A stretch of 64,000 nucleotides of DNA from Octopus bimaculoides (lineage: Eukaryota). The stretch is taken from assembly GCF_001194135.2 (NCBI RefSeq), contig NC_069006.1, positions 16,601,763 to 16,665,762 of the forward strand. The letters run 5' to 3'. The notes beneath the pieces are model-generated. The model did no database searches. It was not told the DNA's origin and saw only the letters and a program-made list of their open reading frames with translations. Shown one piece after another: positions 39,385 to 51,650 of the stretch (position 1 is the first letter of the stretch; every line of letters starts with the position of its first letter). Position numbers and translations under genes: made by a program.

Positions 39385-39580
39385 CCAAGCGAAAAATACG
39401 AACAGCTTCCAAAATCTCTGCCCCACGTATCTGTGAACGGACCAATGGAACGTTAAGTAGATTTGACTCTGTGGTGTTGGCTGCGCCTCCTTTCAGTTCA
39501 CATAGCCCAGCGTTGTTCTGGGGCAGGACGCAATGGACAAAATGGCACTTGGTACGACGTAGGGTTTCTATAATGGAATC
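39385..39580 (-). CDS. MYO18A: Myosin XVIII exon (SH2/SH1 region): DSIIETLRRTKCHFVHCVLPQNNAGLCELKGGAANTTESNLLNVPLVRSQIRGAEILEAVRIFRL(G)
   Basis: attgcag| acceptor, TGG|gtgagt donor, 196 nt, phase 0-1; HFVHC motif. Confidence 0.95.
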
Positions 39581-39620
39581 CTGCAATGGAATAAAGAAGT
39601 AAATATAGGAATCAGATCAA

Positions 39621-39669
<49 letters not shown>

Positions 39670-40408
39670 AATTTCTGAGATGATAAATTTTCATTTTTAT
39701 ACATTGANNNNNNNNNNGTGAATTTCTGAGATGATAAATTTTCATTTTTATACACTGACATATTTGGATTAGTGTCCTCATCTTGATTGTTGTAGTCAAA
39801 ATATTTTAGCCACTGTACCCTCCAGTTTTCTATAAATGCCCATCATATTTAGTAACATTCTCAGAATTTCAAACTAAACCCTTTACTAAATTCATGAAGC
39901 ATAGCTATTCTCCTACCTACACTGCCACTAGTTCTTTCTACCTTAACCAGAATATATATAGAGACGTATGTAAAAGCCAAAAATTTAACTAATGCCAAAA
40001 AAGTAAACCACAACCATGTATAAACTACAACACTAGACACCCAAGATTTAATATTTATCCCCACTTAAACATGAATGTTCTGTTAGGACAAACTATACTG
40101 TGGTAAATACCACGAGAGAAACTCATTGGCTACTACAGTATAGTTTGTTCTAGCAGGACATCCACCTTTAAGTGGGGATAAATATTACCTCTTGGTATTA
40201 ATGTTATCTCTGCCAAAGGGCAATTAATTAGATGATGGAAATTAAAAGACACAAAACGATTAGGTTTAAAACTCAATGTCAAGGAAAGGACATATTAAAT
40301 ACACTCAAAAACAACAAGATGGCCATAGCTAAAATGTCTTTGACCCTAGGTCTGCTCAACCAGGGCTGATTTGAAACTAAACAATAACAACAACAATAGT
40401 GTACTGAC

Positions 40409-40595
40409 CACTTGCAGTTTGACTTGCAGACAAATGGATTTTCGTTTCAAATTGGCTCCAGAAGAAGTCAAAGTTCGGCGCATACTGGCAGCTCGGCGCA
40501 GTGATGAAGTAGGTTTCTCTGCGCCAATGGAAGAACTACTCACTGTTGTAGAGATAGCACCCCGTATTGTTGTGAAAAGGTCACTTATGTTATTC
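40409..40595 (-). CDS. MYO18A: Myosin XVIII exon (loop 2 region): NNISDLFTTIRGAISTTVSSSSIGAEKPTSSLRRAASMRRTLTSSGANLKRKSICLQVKLQV
   Basis: attgcag| acceptor, GTG|gtcagt donor, 187 nt, phase 2-0; LRRAxSMR and KxKSxCxQxKLQV are MYO18 signatures. Confidence 0.94.
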
Positions 40596-40827
40596 CTGCA
40601 ATGATCAGAAGATAATTGTGTTAATTCAGTAAATTGGGATAAACAAAAATGTTAATATAAAAATGAATGCATGATAATGAGAATCTTAAGAGGGATTTAA
40701 TGTTATTTCAGAAATATTTATTTGATAATGATATTTAAACAAATGATTGAATGAGTGTTATTAGGTGATAATGCAATTTTGGTGATGATAATAATTTTCA
40801 GATGAATAGATGATAATGTAATTTCTA

Positions 40828-40986
40828 TAGGAGTGGCTGTGTGGTAAGTAGCTTGCTTATCAATCACATGGTTCTGGGTTCAGTCCCACTGCGTGGCACC
40901 TTGGGCAAATGTCTTCTACTATAGCCTCAGGCCGACCAAAGCTTTGTGAGTGGATTTGGTAGACGGAAACTGAAAGAAGCCTGTCG

Positions 40987-41021
<35 letters not shown>

Positions 41022-41103
41022 CTATGTTTGTGTGTCTGTGTTTGTCCCCCCCCCCCCCAATATCGCTTGACAACCAATGCTGGTGTGATTACGTCCCCGT
41101 AAC
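40828..41103 (+). mobile_element. SINE family A, 3'-truncated
   Basis: Head and core present; ends at acgtccccgtaactta. Confidence 0.8.
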
Positions 41104-41299
41104 TTATGATCATCAAAAATTATATCTATCTGCCTGTCTATATGTATGTATTGTGTTGGCCAAAAAGTCAAGAACTTTAATAAGTATCTAACTTCAACCT
41201 GTTCCTTGCACATGTACATTCATTAAATATTTGATACTTCAACATAGTTCAATACAAACTTGCTATGAAACAGGTTGTATTTGTGTGCTTGGAATCATC

Positions 41300-41700
41300 C
41301 TGAAAATGGAGATCTCAAATTGAACATTATCCACACCTCATGTTTTCTTTATTTCGAAAAAGGCAAGAAAGTGTGGAAACCTGCACAAAAATATGTGCTG
41401 CGTATGGAGAGGATGCTGTTATGGAATGTGTGTGCCAGAAGCTGTTTTCAAGGTTTCAATCAGAGAAATTTTTCAGTTCAAGATGCATCTCGCTCTGGCT
41501 GGCCAACTGAGATTAACAGTGACACCAACCCCTGTTTATACAACCAGGATGATCACAGATGTTCCTCAAATATCTGTGTTCCAAAACCATCTGCATTGAC
41601 TTGGTAATGTCAGCGGGCTTGATGTTTGGGTCCCATAACAATTGAATGAGGTTAACATTGCCCTACTGATTTCCATATGATAAGGCCTATTATGCATATG
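41300..41700 (+). mobile_element. Mariner transposase N-terminal fragment
   Basis: ICAAYGEDAV..CVCQKLFSRF...FSVQDASRSGWPTEI helix-turn-helix region. Confidence 0.75.
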
Positions 41701-41916
41701 CCTCAAAATAAGTGAGAGAGCTCAGGTAAGAATAAGGAGAAAAGAAGGGGTGAAGGGTTGATGAGAGAGTTAGATTTAGTGGCATCCTTGGTCACACTGG
41801 AAGCAATGTATGATGAACAAAAGATATCCACTGCTATCCGTCCTTTGTCACATTGGTGGCATAGTAAAGTGAGATCGAGAAGACAGTGTGACAGAGAGAT
41901 GCACAATGAGACACAG

Positions 41917-42077
41917 GGCATGAATGCTAGAGGCATGAGTGCTAGAGGCATGAGTGCTAGAGGCATGAGTGCTAGAGACATGAGTGCTAGAGGCATGAGT
42001 GCTAGAGGCATGAGTGCTAGAGGCATGAGTGTTAGAGGCACGAGTGCTAGAGGCATGAGTGCTAGAGGCATGAGTGA
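41917..42077. repeat. 15-bp minisatellite, about 10.7 copies (ggcatgagtgctaga)
   Basis: Direct inspection. Confidence 0.95.
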
Positions 42078-43638
42078 TAAATACAGAGATGATGAAGTCA
42101 TGAATGACATTGGTGTGATTGATAGGTAAGTGATAAGAGAGACAAGTGATAAAGAACAAGCAATAAGAAGGGTATGTGATAAAGATGTGTAATAAGAGGG
42201 ACGTGCAAAACTAAAATAACTACAGAGAAAATTAAACAACATCCGGGCTTCTTCTGGATGAAAGAACCAACACATACTACCATCATCAACCTTTGAAGAT
42301 TAAATTCTATTTTATTTATACAACATGATACAGTATTTCCTCCTTAACAGAAAACAGCCGTCAGATTTAGACTAACTAAAGCAACCATAACTTATCTCCC
42401 TTAACATTTTTTTTTTTTTACATGGCTTTTTTTTTCTTTTTCTTCTCCAAACCGTTTCTTCACACATTTTATCTCATCTATCTGATTCTCATAGAGAATT
42501 ACTGCTGTAGCTAGTCAGTTTTTTTTTTCGATAAAATTGCAACAGTCTTAAATAAAGTTAGTATCAGTTCTGATAATTCACGTAACCTTTCATTAATTTC
42601 TATTTATAGAAAAAAAAAAAAAAATCCCAGATTTATTATCAACATATTCAATACACACACGTGGAAACACCATTAACATTTTATCATAATTCTCCTACAA
42701 CTACTAATAATAATAATACTAATTATTATTATTATTATTACTACTACAACTACTGCTACTATTATTAAGGCAGTGAGCTAGCGGAATCATTGGTACACCA
42801 GGCAAAATGCTTAGTGGCGTTTCATCCATCTTTACATTCTGAGTTCAAATTCCACTGAGGTCGNNNNNNNNNNTTTATAGAAAAAAAAAAAAAAATCCCA
42901 GATTTATTATCAACATATTCAATACACACACGTGGAAACACCATTAACATTTTATCATAATTCTCCTACAACTACTAATAATAATAATACTAATTATTAT
43001 TATTATTATTACTACTACAACTACTGCTACTATTATTAAGGCAGTGAGCTAGCGGAATCATTGGTACACCAGGCAAAATGCTTAGTGGCGTTTCATCCAT
43101 CTTTACATTCTGAGTTCAAATTCCACTGAGGTCGACTTTGCCTTTCATCCTTTTGGGGCTGATAAAATAAGTGCTGATTGAGTACTGGGGGTCAACGTGA
43201 TTGACTAGCCAACTCCCTGAAATTGCTGGCCCTGTGCCAAAGTTTAAAACCAATATTATATACACTTACAAGGCAGCAAGCTAGCAGAATCTATAGCACG
43301 CTGGGAAAAATGCTAAGTGGCATTTCATTCATCTTTACATCCTGAGTTTAATTCCACGAAGATTGGCTTTGTCTTTCATCCTTTCAGGTTTGTTAAAATA
43401 AGTACCAGCTGGGGAACACATACGCCATTGAAACCGGAAAACCGGGCCCATTAAATTTAATTATATCTATGATTATATTAACTGACATATTCATTTATTT
43501 TATAATCTTGTAGGGTACAATTTGAAGGAGATTCAGCTATTATTGAATGACCACAGAGTAGCTTCTGCCTTGACCCACCAGAAAGACAAATGGGTTTGCT
43601 TGTTAAGAAGAGCAGAAGCCTTTAGAAAGAGAGGAAAG

Positions 43639-43680
<42 letters not shown>

Positions 43681-43710
43681 GATACAGCAGGTCTATGAGT
43701 GAGTGATTAC

Positions 43711-43870
43711 CTGTTGGAGTCTTGAAGGATGTGAATGGCAATTTTGCTAACACTATTCTCTCGACAAGCCTTCAACCATCCAGTAGCATTGTACTGGACT
43801 GGGTTGGTACCTTGGAAGTGATTCAAAATAAATGTGTGTCCAAGGGAGCCCTTCCTCAGCAAACTGTCAC
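43711..43870 (-). CDS. MYO18A: Myosin XVIII exon: (R)DSLLRKGSLGHTFILNHFQGTNPVQYNATGWLKACRENSVSKIAIHILQDSN(R)
   Basis: gttcag| acceptor, CAG|gtaatc donor, 160 nt, phase 1-2; F.L.H..GT..V.Y...GWL motif. Confidence 0.94.
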
Positions 43871-44761
43871 CTGAACAATTCACAAAAACACAAAACGTTA
43901 AGAACAATAGAATTCAATGTACCTAAAACAAACAATCAAAACGAAATGTACTTGGAATTTTACTAAATAGAACACTCAGTACATGATATATATATATATA
44001 TAAACAAAAATGAGCTAAGAGAAATAACTTAGAGTGGCCAGAAATAATTATGAAATGATTAAGAAAATAAAGAAAATAAAAAAATAAAGTCAAATACAGA
44101 GAGGGGAGGTCAATGGGATCAACTAATCCCCTTCTCTAGAAAACTGTCAACCATATGGTTCAGAAAAATGCTTATCAGCATTTCTTCTTCTAGGTCCTTA
44201 TATTATGAGTTCATATTCTGCTGAGGTTAACTTCACCTTTTGTCTTTTCAGAATCAATAAAAAAAATGATACCAGTCAAGTACAGGGGTCGGTGTAACTG
44301 ACTTACCCACTCACCTTTTCATTGCAAAAATCCTATTTTTTCTTTTGGATTAAATAAAAAAAGTAAACAACAGCTATGGGAGGGGGGGATACCATTAAGA
44401 ATGAGTCATAATTACACTTGACTAGTTGCAAGGTGATCAGTTGTTAGTATTTTATCTTCTTTTTCTTACAGGTGTTGTTCGTTACCGCTTTAACGGGAAT
44501 CCAGTAGAGATTATGTTTAGGCTATTACAACTATATCAGGAACATGCCACGATAAGGCTAATATTTCTGCAAGGTCAAGGCTGAGTTCAATGCTTGACCT
44601 TCCAAAAATAGTAAAGAAATATTCTCAAACCTCATCCTAACTGTCTTTCACAATGATAATGGAGCCTCAAAAATATCAGGTTTCAATCAAAAACATATTG
44701 GCTACAGTTGGATTTGGGGTTGCCCAGCAGGGAAAAGAGGGAGGAAGAGGATAGCACTTAC

Positions 44762-44906
44762 GTTTGACGGGATGGTCTCCATGATGAGTAAACAGTCGTT
44801 CCATGAAAGAATCTTCAGTGGCACCAGGAAAGATGGCTTCATCATCAAGTAACCAGAGAAGACCCTTTTTGTCAGCATCCCGTAAATCTTGGTTTGATGC
44901 TCTCAA
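44762..44906 (-). CDS. MYO18A: Myosin XVIII exon: LRASNQDLRDADKKGLLWLLDDEAIFPGATEDSFMERLFTHHGDHPVK
   Basis: ttttgatag| acceptor, AAC|gtaagt donor, 145 nt, phase 0-1; GLLWLLDDE motif. Confidence 0.94.
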
Positions 44907-45039
44907 CTATCAAAACAGACACATAAATGTAGGATTACCTTCATAATACTTTATCTCTGTCCTGCTACAATTTTTTTTAACAATACAGGCATTTAATATA
45001 ATAATAATAAATAAATTTTAATTTTATAATTAATCTATA

Positions 45040-45460
45040 GGCGTAGGAGTGGCTGTGTGGTAAGTAGCTTGCTTACCAACCACATGGTTCCGGTTCAGTC
45101 CCACTGCGTGACACCTTGGGCAAGTGTCTTCTACTATAGCCTCGGGCCGACCAAAACCTTGTGAGTGGATTTGGTAGACGGAAACTGAAAAGAAGCCCAT
45201 CGTATATATGTATATATATATATATGTGTGTGTGTGTGTCTGTGTGTGTATATGTTTGTGTGTCTGTGTTTGTCCCCACAACATCGCTTGACAACCGATG
45301 CTGGTGTGTTTACGTCCCTGTAACTTAGCAGTTCGGCAATAAGAGACCGATAGAATAAGTACTAGGCTTACAAAGAATAAGTCCTGGGGTCAATTTGCTC
45401 GACTAAAGGCAGTGCTCCAGCATGGCCACAGTCAAATGACTGAAACAAGTAAAAGAGTAA
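45040..45460 (+). mobile_element. SINE family A, full length
   Basis: Complete head, (TA)/(TG) core and tail. Confidence 0.9.
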
Positions 45461-46488
45461 TCTTTGAACTGTTGCCATGCTTGGACACCAGCATATTGAA
45501 GAGTATAGCAGTTGAGTATATTGACCGCAATACTTGACTGAAAGTAATTTTATCCATCTTGGAATGATGAAAAGTTGACCAGTAGTGAGATTTTTCACTC
45601 AGAACATAAAGGGAGATAAATCAAATACGATGAAGTATTTTTAACTGATGCTTTACCATATTTGCTGTGTGTGTGTGTGTGTGTGTGTATGTGTGTGAAT
45701 GAAATAGCACAAATGGGGGGGGGGGTAAGAAACAAACAGATGGACGACATGAGAGATTACAACAGGCATAAAAATTTGTAAAATGGAGGACAAAATGTAA
45801 ATACACAAAAAAAAAAAACAATACAAGTTGTGCACAACGAATAGTATGCCAAAAAAAAAAAAAAAAAAAAAGAAGGAAAAGAAGTAGGTTGACATTTTGA
45901 GTGAACTGGTTATCAAAGTATACTAAAAAGCAATATAAAAGCAATAAAAGAAATGATTCAGAAGATGTGACCAAAGGCTAAGACATACTCCAAATCCTCA
46001 TCAATCTTTTCAAGGACCACTTGAAGATCTTATCCAAGTGAAATGCATTGCTTCTATGTATTTTACTTAAATGAGACCCAGAGCCCTAAACAATAGTGCA
46101 AGCATTCTCTCTCTCCCAAGAACAATTGTCTGAAACACTGAATCTGTCAAACCCAAGGCAAAGAAACTTGCTGTATTTGTTTTTTTATCTATGATAAACT
46201 TTTGTGTTTCATTTAATTTTCAAAATACACATCTGTGTAACTTAGCAGTTCTGCAAAAGAGACTGATAGAATAAGTACTAGACTTTAAAAATAAAAATAA
46301 AAACTTGGGTTGATTTATTTGATTAAAACCCTTCAAGAGAGTGCCCCACCAAGGCCATAAACCAATGAATCAAACAAGAATTAAAGGAAAGAAATGTATC
46401 ACAGCAAATAAAATTGTTTATGGAAAGTGGAAAGGAAGGAAGGAAAGAAACATAGTTTGCAGGACATAAGCATTGTTCTTTTACTTAC

Positions 46489-46575
46489 CAGAGTTTGTTG
46501 CGGAGGTTTGTCTATCAAGAACACCAAAGCAGCAGGACTGGTGTTCACAAATTCGAAATCACATTCTATATTTTC
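46489..46575 (-). CDS. MYO18A: Myosin XVIII exon: ENIECDFEFVNTSPAALVFLIDKPPQQTL
   Basis: ttttctttttag| acceptor, CTG|gtaagt donor, 87 nt, phase 0-0; not in the ORF track. Confidence 0.92.
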
Positions 46576-47199
46576 CTAAAAAGAAAAGATATATATATAT
46601 ATATATATATANNNNNNNNNNNNNNNNNNNNNNNNNNNNNNNNNNNNNNNNNNNNNNNNNNNNNNNNNNNNNNNNNNNNNNNNNNNNNNNNNNNNNNNNN
46701 NNNNNNNNNNNNNNNNNNNNNNNNNNNNNNNNNNNNNNNNGCATATCTGGGACATTGCAAACAAAACGTAGACGAGAAAACACACAAGCCACATAGAGAA
46801 CATTCTACTTCATCAGCTACCCACGTTTTAACACCGGCGTTTCGAAGAGCTTGGGCAGGACACATCGTTAAAACGGCTCATCCCATGGACCGCAGATTAA
46901 ATTTGTATACGCAAATTAAATCTTGCCATGGAGGAATGTAGTGGCGGACAAAAAACAAGAGAGGAAAACAAACAGAAAAGGCTTTACGGCCAGACGAGAT
47001 GTATATATATAAAGAATTTTTGTGCATTATCGAACCTTTTCACTTTATATATATGTGTATATATTACACACACACAGGGTGTTTGGGTTAATTTTCTAAG
47101 TCTGCATACCAAAAATAAGAGTATTTTTAAAAAAATCAAAAAACATCAACTTGATTATGGCTAGGAGATAACAGTTTACTCAAAGCAGCCACCGTCTGC

Positions 47200-47640
47200 T
47201 TCTACCATGGACTCAAGACTGGCAAGGTCTTTGAACATCTCCTTGATCTTGGCCACCAGCTCACCCTTGGCATTGCAGGCAAAGTGGTTAGCATATTTCT
47301 CAACCACACCTTACGCATGGTAATCCAAGATATTACAAATGCCAAAATTAGGGGCTGGTGAAGTTGTAGAAATTCTGTGACAACCACTTCTGATTCTTTC
47401 CAGAGGTATGGCAAGGAACTGAATCGTGCTGCCTCACATATGGCTCTCCAGTAGCAAATGTCTCCAGCCAATGTTTGATCAAAGTCCCCAGCAGCTTCGC
47501 ATAGCCATCTGAACTGAGCCTAAGGCTCTGTTCAAAAATGTGGGGGATAAATTCTAGCATGTGGATGTGGTCAGAAGGCCTGTTGTGCACACATTCCTGC
47601 TGTGTGCATTCCATATCAGATGACTAGTAATTACTTAATT
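47200..47640 (-). mobile_element. Third, more diverged maT-like fragment
   Basis: IKHWLETFATGEPYVRQHDSVPCHTSGKNQKWLSQNF. Confidence 0.65.
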
Positions 47641-48289
47641 GGTTAATTAAATTCGTTGCTTGGTTTTACACCACTAACTGGCATTTGTTTCAAAAAACTA
47701 CCTGTAATTCAAAGGGCCATCCTCACCACAAACAGAATTAAAGTTCAAGTGTCTGAGGAATACTCAACCATTTACACTATAATAATACAATGAGTAGGTA
47801 GTTCTGTTGATGAAACTTGTGAAATATTCGTTGTGGAAACTTAGAAACTGTTGATCCCTTACAAATAAACATAATTAATGATTAATCGTGATAATTTGTT
47901 GTCAAAAAAACATCAGCATGCTTTTGACATCTTACAAATAACCTAAGAAGATATCATTTATAAAGTTTCAACACCTAAATTAGAATGCATATGACTCAAG
48001 AGAATCTAGAGGAGCGGTCCATGATACGAGGGGAGGGGGGCACAGAAATAAAAAAAGAAGACAAATTGTTGTGCTTAATTAAATGAAGGTTTCCAACTTT
48101 TTCTGCTGTTAATTATGAAGGCAAAAAAAAAAAGAAAGAAAAAGAGGCACAAACACTATTTTCTCCCTATAATAAAGATTGGGGTGAAGGGCAACAATTC
48201 TATAAATATGTTTTTAAAGGGGGCTCCTGATGTTTGTTAATGTCAGAAGCAGTGATCTCAAGTGCCCATAGACATAAAAAATAAAAATT

Positions 48290-48600
48290 TAGCTCAGTTG
48301 TGGTGTGGTGGAAAACTAGGTCAGTTGGTGTGGTGTGCAGCACAATTAGTCAAGTTGCTGTATGGTCACTAGGGTCAGATGGGATGAGATGTGAGGGTAC
48401 AGACAGGCCAGGTGTTGTGTGGTGTGATGTACAATTAGGTGCACTGTTGTGTGGTATGATGTATAATTAGGTCAACTGACATGGAATGAGGTGTAATTGG
48501 GTCAGTTGCAATTAGGTCAAGTCACAATTGGGTCCCACAAAATGTCTTGATGTGTGTGATATGTAATTAGGTCGGTTACTGTTGTGCTTAGTGTAAAGTG
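48290..48600. repeat. Degenerate tandem repeat with aattaggtca / gtgtggtgtg motifs
   Basis: Recurring motifs with irregular period. Confidence 0.6.
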
Positions 48601-48646
48601 TAATTAGCCAAGTGAACAATTATTGAAACTGCTGCTTTCAACTTGC

Positions 48647-48839
48647 CTGAGAATATCGATCCTGTTGCAGAGTGAAGGTTGCATCATGGAAGAATAACTG
48701 TAAGCGTTCTTGAATATAGTTGCAACAAAGGTCTTCAAATGTAGCACCTGAGTTACGACCACAAGTTGATGGATTCTGGAATCCAGGTGTGTCAAGAATT
48801 GTGATGGATCCAAGGTTGCGATAATTTGACATTAATGAT
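48647..48839 (-). CDS. MYO18A: Myosin XVIII exon (switch II/relay): (R)SLMSNYRNLGSITILDTPGFQNPSTCGRNSGATFEDLCCNYIQERLQLFFHDATFTLQQDRYSQ
   Basis: tttttag| acceptor, non-canonical CAG|gcaagt donor, 193 nt, phase 2-0; DTPGFQ and FEDLCxNY..ERLQ motifs. Confidence 0.93.
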
Positions 48840-49698
48840 CTAAAAATATAACAAAGGAAAATGAAATGGTTAATATTTAGATTTCAGAATATTACCAATT
48901 ATTATTATTATTATTATTATTATCATTATTATTGTTAATGTTACTATTGAGGTAGCAAGCTGGCAGAATCATAAGCACGCCAAGCAAAATACTTAGAGAC
49001 GTTCTGTCTGTCTTTATGGTCTGAGTTCAAATCCACTGAGGTTGACTTTGACTTTCATCTTTTCAGGGTCAATAAAATAAACAGTAGTTGAGAAAAGGGA
49101 TCAATATAACCAACTAGGCCCACCCCAACAAAAACTTCAGGCCTTGTGCCTATAGTGAAAAGGATTATTATTATTATCATTAAGGCAGTGAGCTGGTAAA
49201 ATCATTAGCATCGCAGAGAAAGTGCTTAGCAACATTTCTTCTGGTTTTATGTTCTGAGTTCAAATTCTACCAAGGCTAACTTTACCTTTTGTCTCTTCAG
49301 GTTGAGCAATGGGGTCAATGTAACTGACTAGCCCCTCCTTGAAAAATTTGTGATTTGTTCAAAAAATTACTCAAATGTATTTCGGACTTTTGTCTTCAAT
49401 GAACTGCTGTGCTATAAGTTTGATTATTTCAAACAATATTGAATTTGTGAGGTGTTATTTATTGCATTAAATGCTTATTGAATATTTAAAACCACAAAAT
49501 ATGTGCCGTTTACTGAGTTTTTTTTTTTTTTGTCGGTCATTGTACTTATGAGATATATTTTGCGAATAAAAAATATGCCAATGATATTGCACTACTTGTT
49601 GTCTTGACTACTTTGATGTGATGGTTACTCTGTTTGTGTCGTATGTCCCAAGTATAAAATATACTAATTATGATGAAATTACAGGAATGAAAACACCA

Positions 49699-49798
49699 GA
49701 AGTTACCAGTGGCGAAATTACTGGGGGTGAAATTACCAGGGACAAAGTCACCAGGGATGAAATTTCCAGTGGCGAATTTTCCAGGGGTGAAATTACCC
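49699..49798. repeat. Degenerate 15-bp repeat (gaaattaccaggggt), about 6.7 copies
   Basis: Direct inspection. Confidence 0.85.
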
Positions 49799-50052
49799 AC
49801 ATTCATTACATGATCCCTCAATGTGCTAGAAATAGGAAAAATACCGTCCTTAAATCTCGCACTACTATAGTCCTTTAAAAAAAGGACAGTCTGGAGAATG
49901 TGATTGTTGATAAAGCGTGTCCTAAAAAGAAAGGATATATTGTCATGTTTGCAATGCGTTTGATCTAACTGAATCAAAACTGATTTTATCAAAAAAAAAA
50001 AAAAAAAAAAAAAAAGTGAAAATGGAGCATAAAGTAAATGTTTCATACTAAC

Positions 50053-50175
50053 CTATTTATTAAACCAACCAGGACACTGAATAGTTCTGTGTAAAGACCT
50101 GTGAGGAAAGCTTCAAGAGCATCAGTTGCAGAAGATCCAGAGTCTCCTGTATGCCTATCAGCAGCATTTGAGATC
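50053..50175 (-). CDS. MYO18A: Myosin XVIII exon: (R)ISNAADRHTGDSGSSATDALEAFLTGLYTELFSVLVGLIN(R)
   Basis: tctctgcag| acceptor, TAG|gttagt donor, 123 nt, phase 2-2; LY.ELF..LV.LINR helix. Confidence 0.93.
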
Positions 50176-50249
50176 CTGCAGAGAAAAAACATGGCAACAT
50201 CCTCAAACATTTCATCAAACAACAGCAGAAATTCTGTAGGGAAAAAAAC

Positions 50250-50740
50250 ATTATCAAACATTTTCCCTTGAACATAAACAGCAGTAAGACAATATCACGA
50301 AGCATGTATCTTGAATTTAAGCAGTTTTCACCCAGCCTGCGTCTGCTTGCATACAGTGCGCTAGGCTGACAGTGCTGCACGCTTTGCGGCTCCACGAACC
50401 TCAATATCTCTCTGTGTGATATGTCTGCCGAAAAAGTCCTCTTTGTTTTCTTGGGACATTGCCAAAAGAGCCTGGGTGCAATTGACTCATTTCTGCTTCT
50501 GAAAAGGTGTGAACATCTGGGAATCCATTGTGCAGACAACTTCTGCATGTGCAAATGGTTGTGAATGATTTTTTCTATGGACTCTATACTTGTCTTCACT
50601 TCTTGGGCTTGTTGTGAAACAAATACGAGAACGGAGAAACAACAAAGCGAACAATCTAATGAAGGGAGCCTCTACAGCAGAAGTGTTCACTCAAGATGGT
50701 GGCAGTAAAATTTTGAAACAAAATTGTTTATCTTCAAAAT
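50250..50740 (-). mobile_element. Internally deleted mariner copy nearly identical to part of 52030-53060
   Basis: 50424-50600 matches about 52553-52735 almost base for base. Confidence 0.85.
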
Positions 50741-50764
50741 ATATATCAGAATGTGAAATGTTGA

Positions 50765-51206
50765 TGAATATGTTATAGATTAAGTTACACTGAATATATT
50801 ATAGATTAAGTTACACTGAATATATTATAGATTAAGTCACACTGAATATATTATAGATTAAGTCACACTGAATATATTATAGATTAAGTTACACTGAATA
50901 TATTATAGATTAAGTTTCACTGAATGTATTATCGATTAAGTTACACTGAATATATTATCGATTAAATTACACTGAATATATTATCGATTAAGTTACACTG
51001 AATATATTATCGATTAAGTTACACTGAATATATTATAGATTAAGTTACACTGAATATATTATAGATTAAGTTACACTGAATATATTATAGATTAAGTTAC
51101 ACTGAATATATTATAGATTAAGTTACACTGAATATATTATAGATTAAGTTACACTGAATATATTATAGATTAAGTTACACTGAATATATTATAGATTAAG
51201 TTACTC
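50765..51206. repeat. 26-bp minisatellite, 17 copies (tgaatatattatagattaagttacac)
   Basis: Exact 26-bp periodicity counted directly; 442 bp. Confidence 0.97.
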
Positions 51207-51315
51207 TGCCTTACAAATCCTATTGTGTAGATTCAACTGACTTATCCCTTTCTCAGTCAAATTTGTGACAAACAGTGTTGGTGCAAGCAATCCTAACTCA
51301 AACACATAGTCATAC

Positions 51316-51463
51316 CTCATAGAAGCACTTCGGGTTAAAGTACCACTAGATCCTGCTGATGGGCTGAAGATTGTACGTGCAAGTTCCTCCACTTTGATGC
51401 CCAGAAGGTTTGCAGCTTTCTGTGCAGCTGCAGGTTTTGCAAATTGTGCTTTATTATTGGTTC
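51316..51463 (-). CDS. MYO18A: Myosin XVIII exon: GTNNKAQFAKPAAAQKAANLLGIKVEELARTIFSPSAGSSGTLTRSASM(R)
   Basis: atttcag| acceptor, GAG|gtatga donor, 148 nt, phase 1-2. Confidence 0.92.
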
Positions 51464-51650
51464 CTGAAATGACACACAAAATAAACGGAACTTCATAAAA
51501 ATGAAACAAAACGAAAATTACTTAACAAAAGGAGAGGAATTGCTTCTAGATTCATTGCTTCCTCCTGAGAGCACCAACAAAATAATTTTCTCAAAATTAT
51601 TGAGAGAAGACTTAATAATTCAGACAATTAATGAGGAATGTTAGACATAC

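Noticed and set aside
39667-39758. About 41-bp duplication around a 10-N gap
   Set aside because: Same assembly-artefact pattern.
42603-43134. About 260-bp direct duplication on both sides of a 10-N gap
   Set aside because: The copies are identical apart from poly-A length and abut a placeholder gap, so this is an unmerged contig overlap or haplotype artefact.
43514-43700. Plus-strand open frame after ttgtag
   Set aside because: It overlaps a dispersed repeat motif (gagattcagctatt; cf. 1140, 15835, 28875) and a (GA)n tract.
50765-51206. Possible CRISPR-like array
   Set aside because: Contiguous tandem units with no unique spacers, in a eukaryotic intron with no cas genes.
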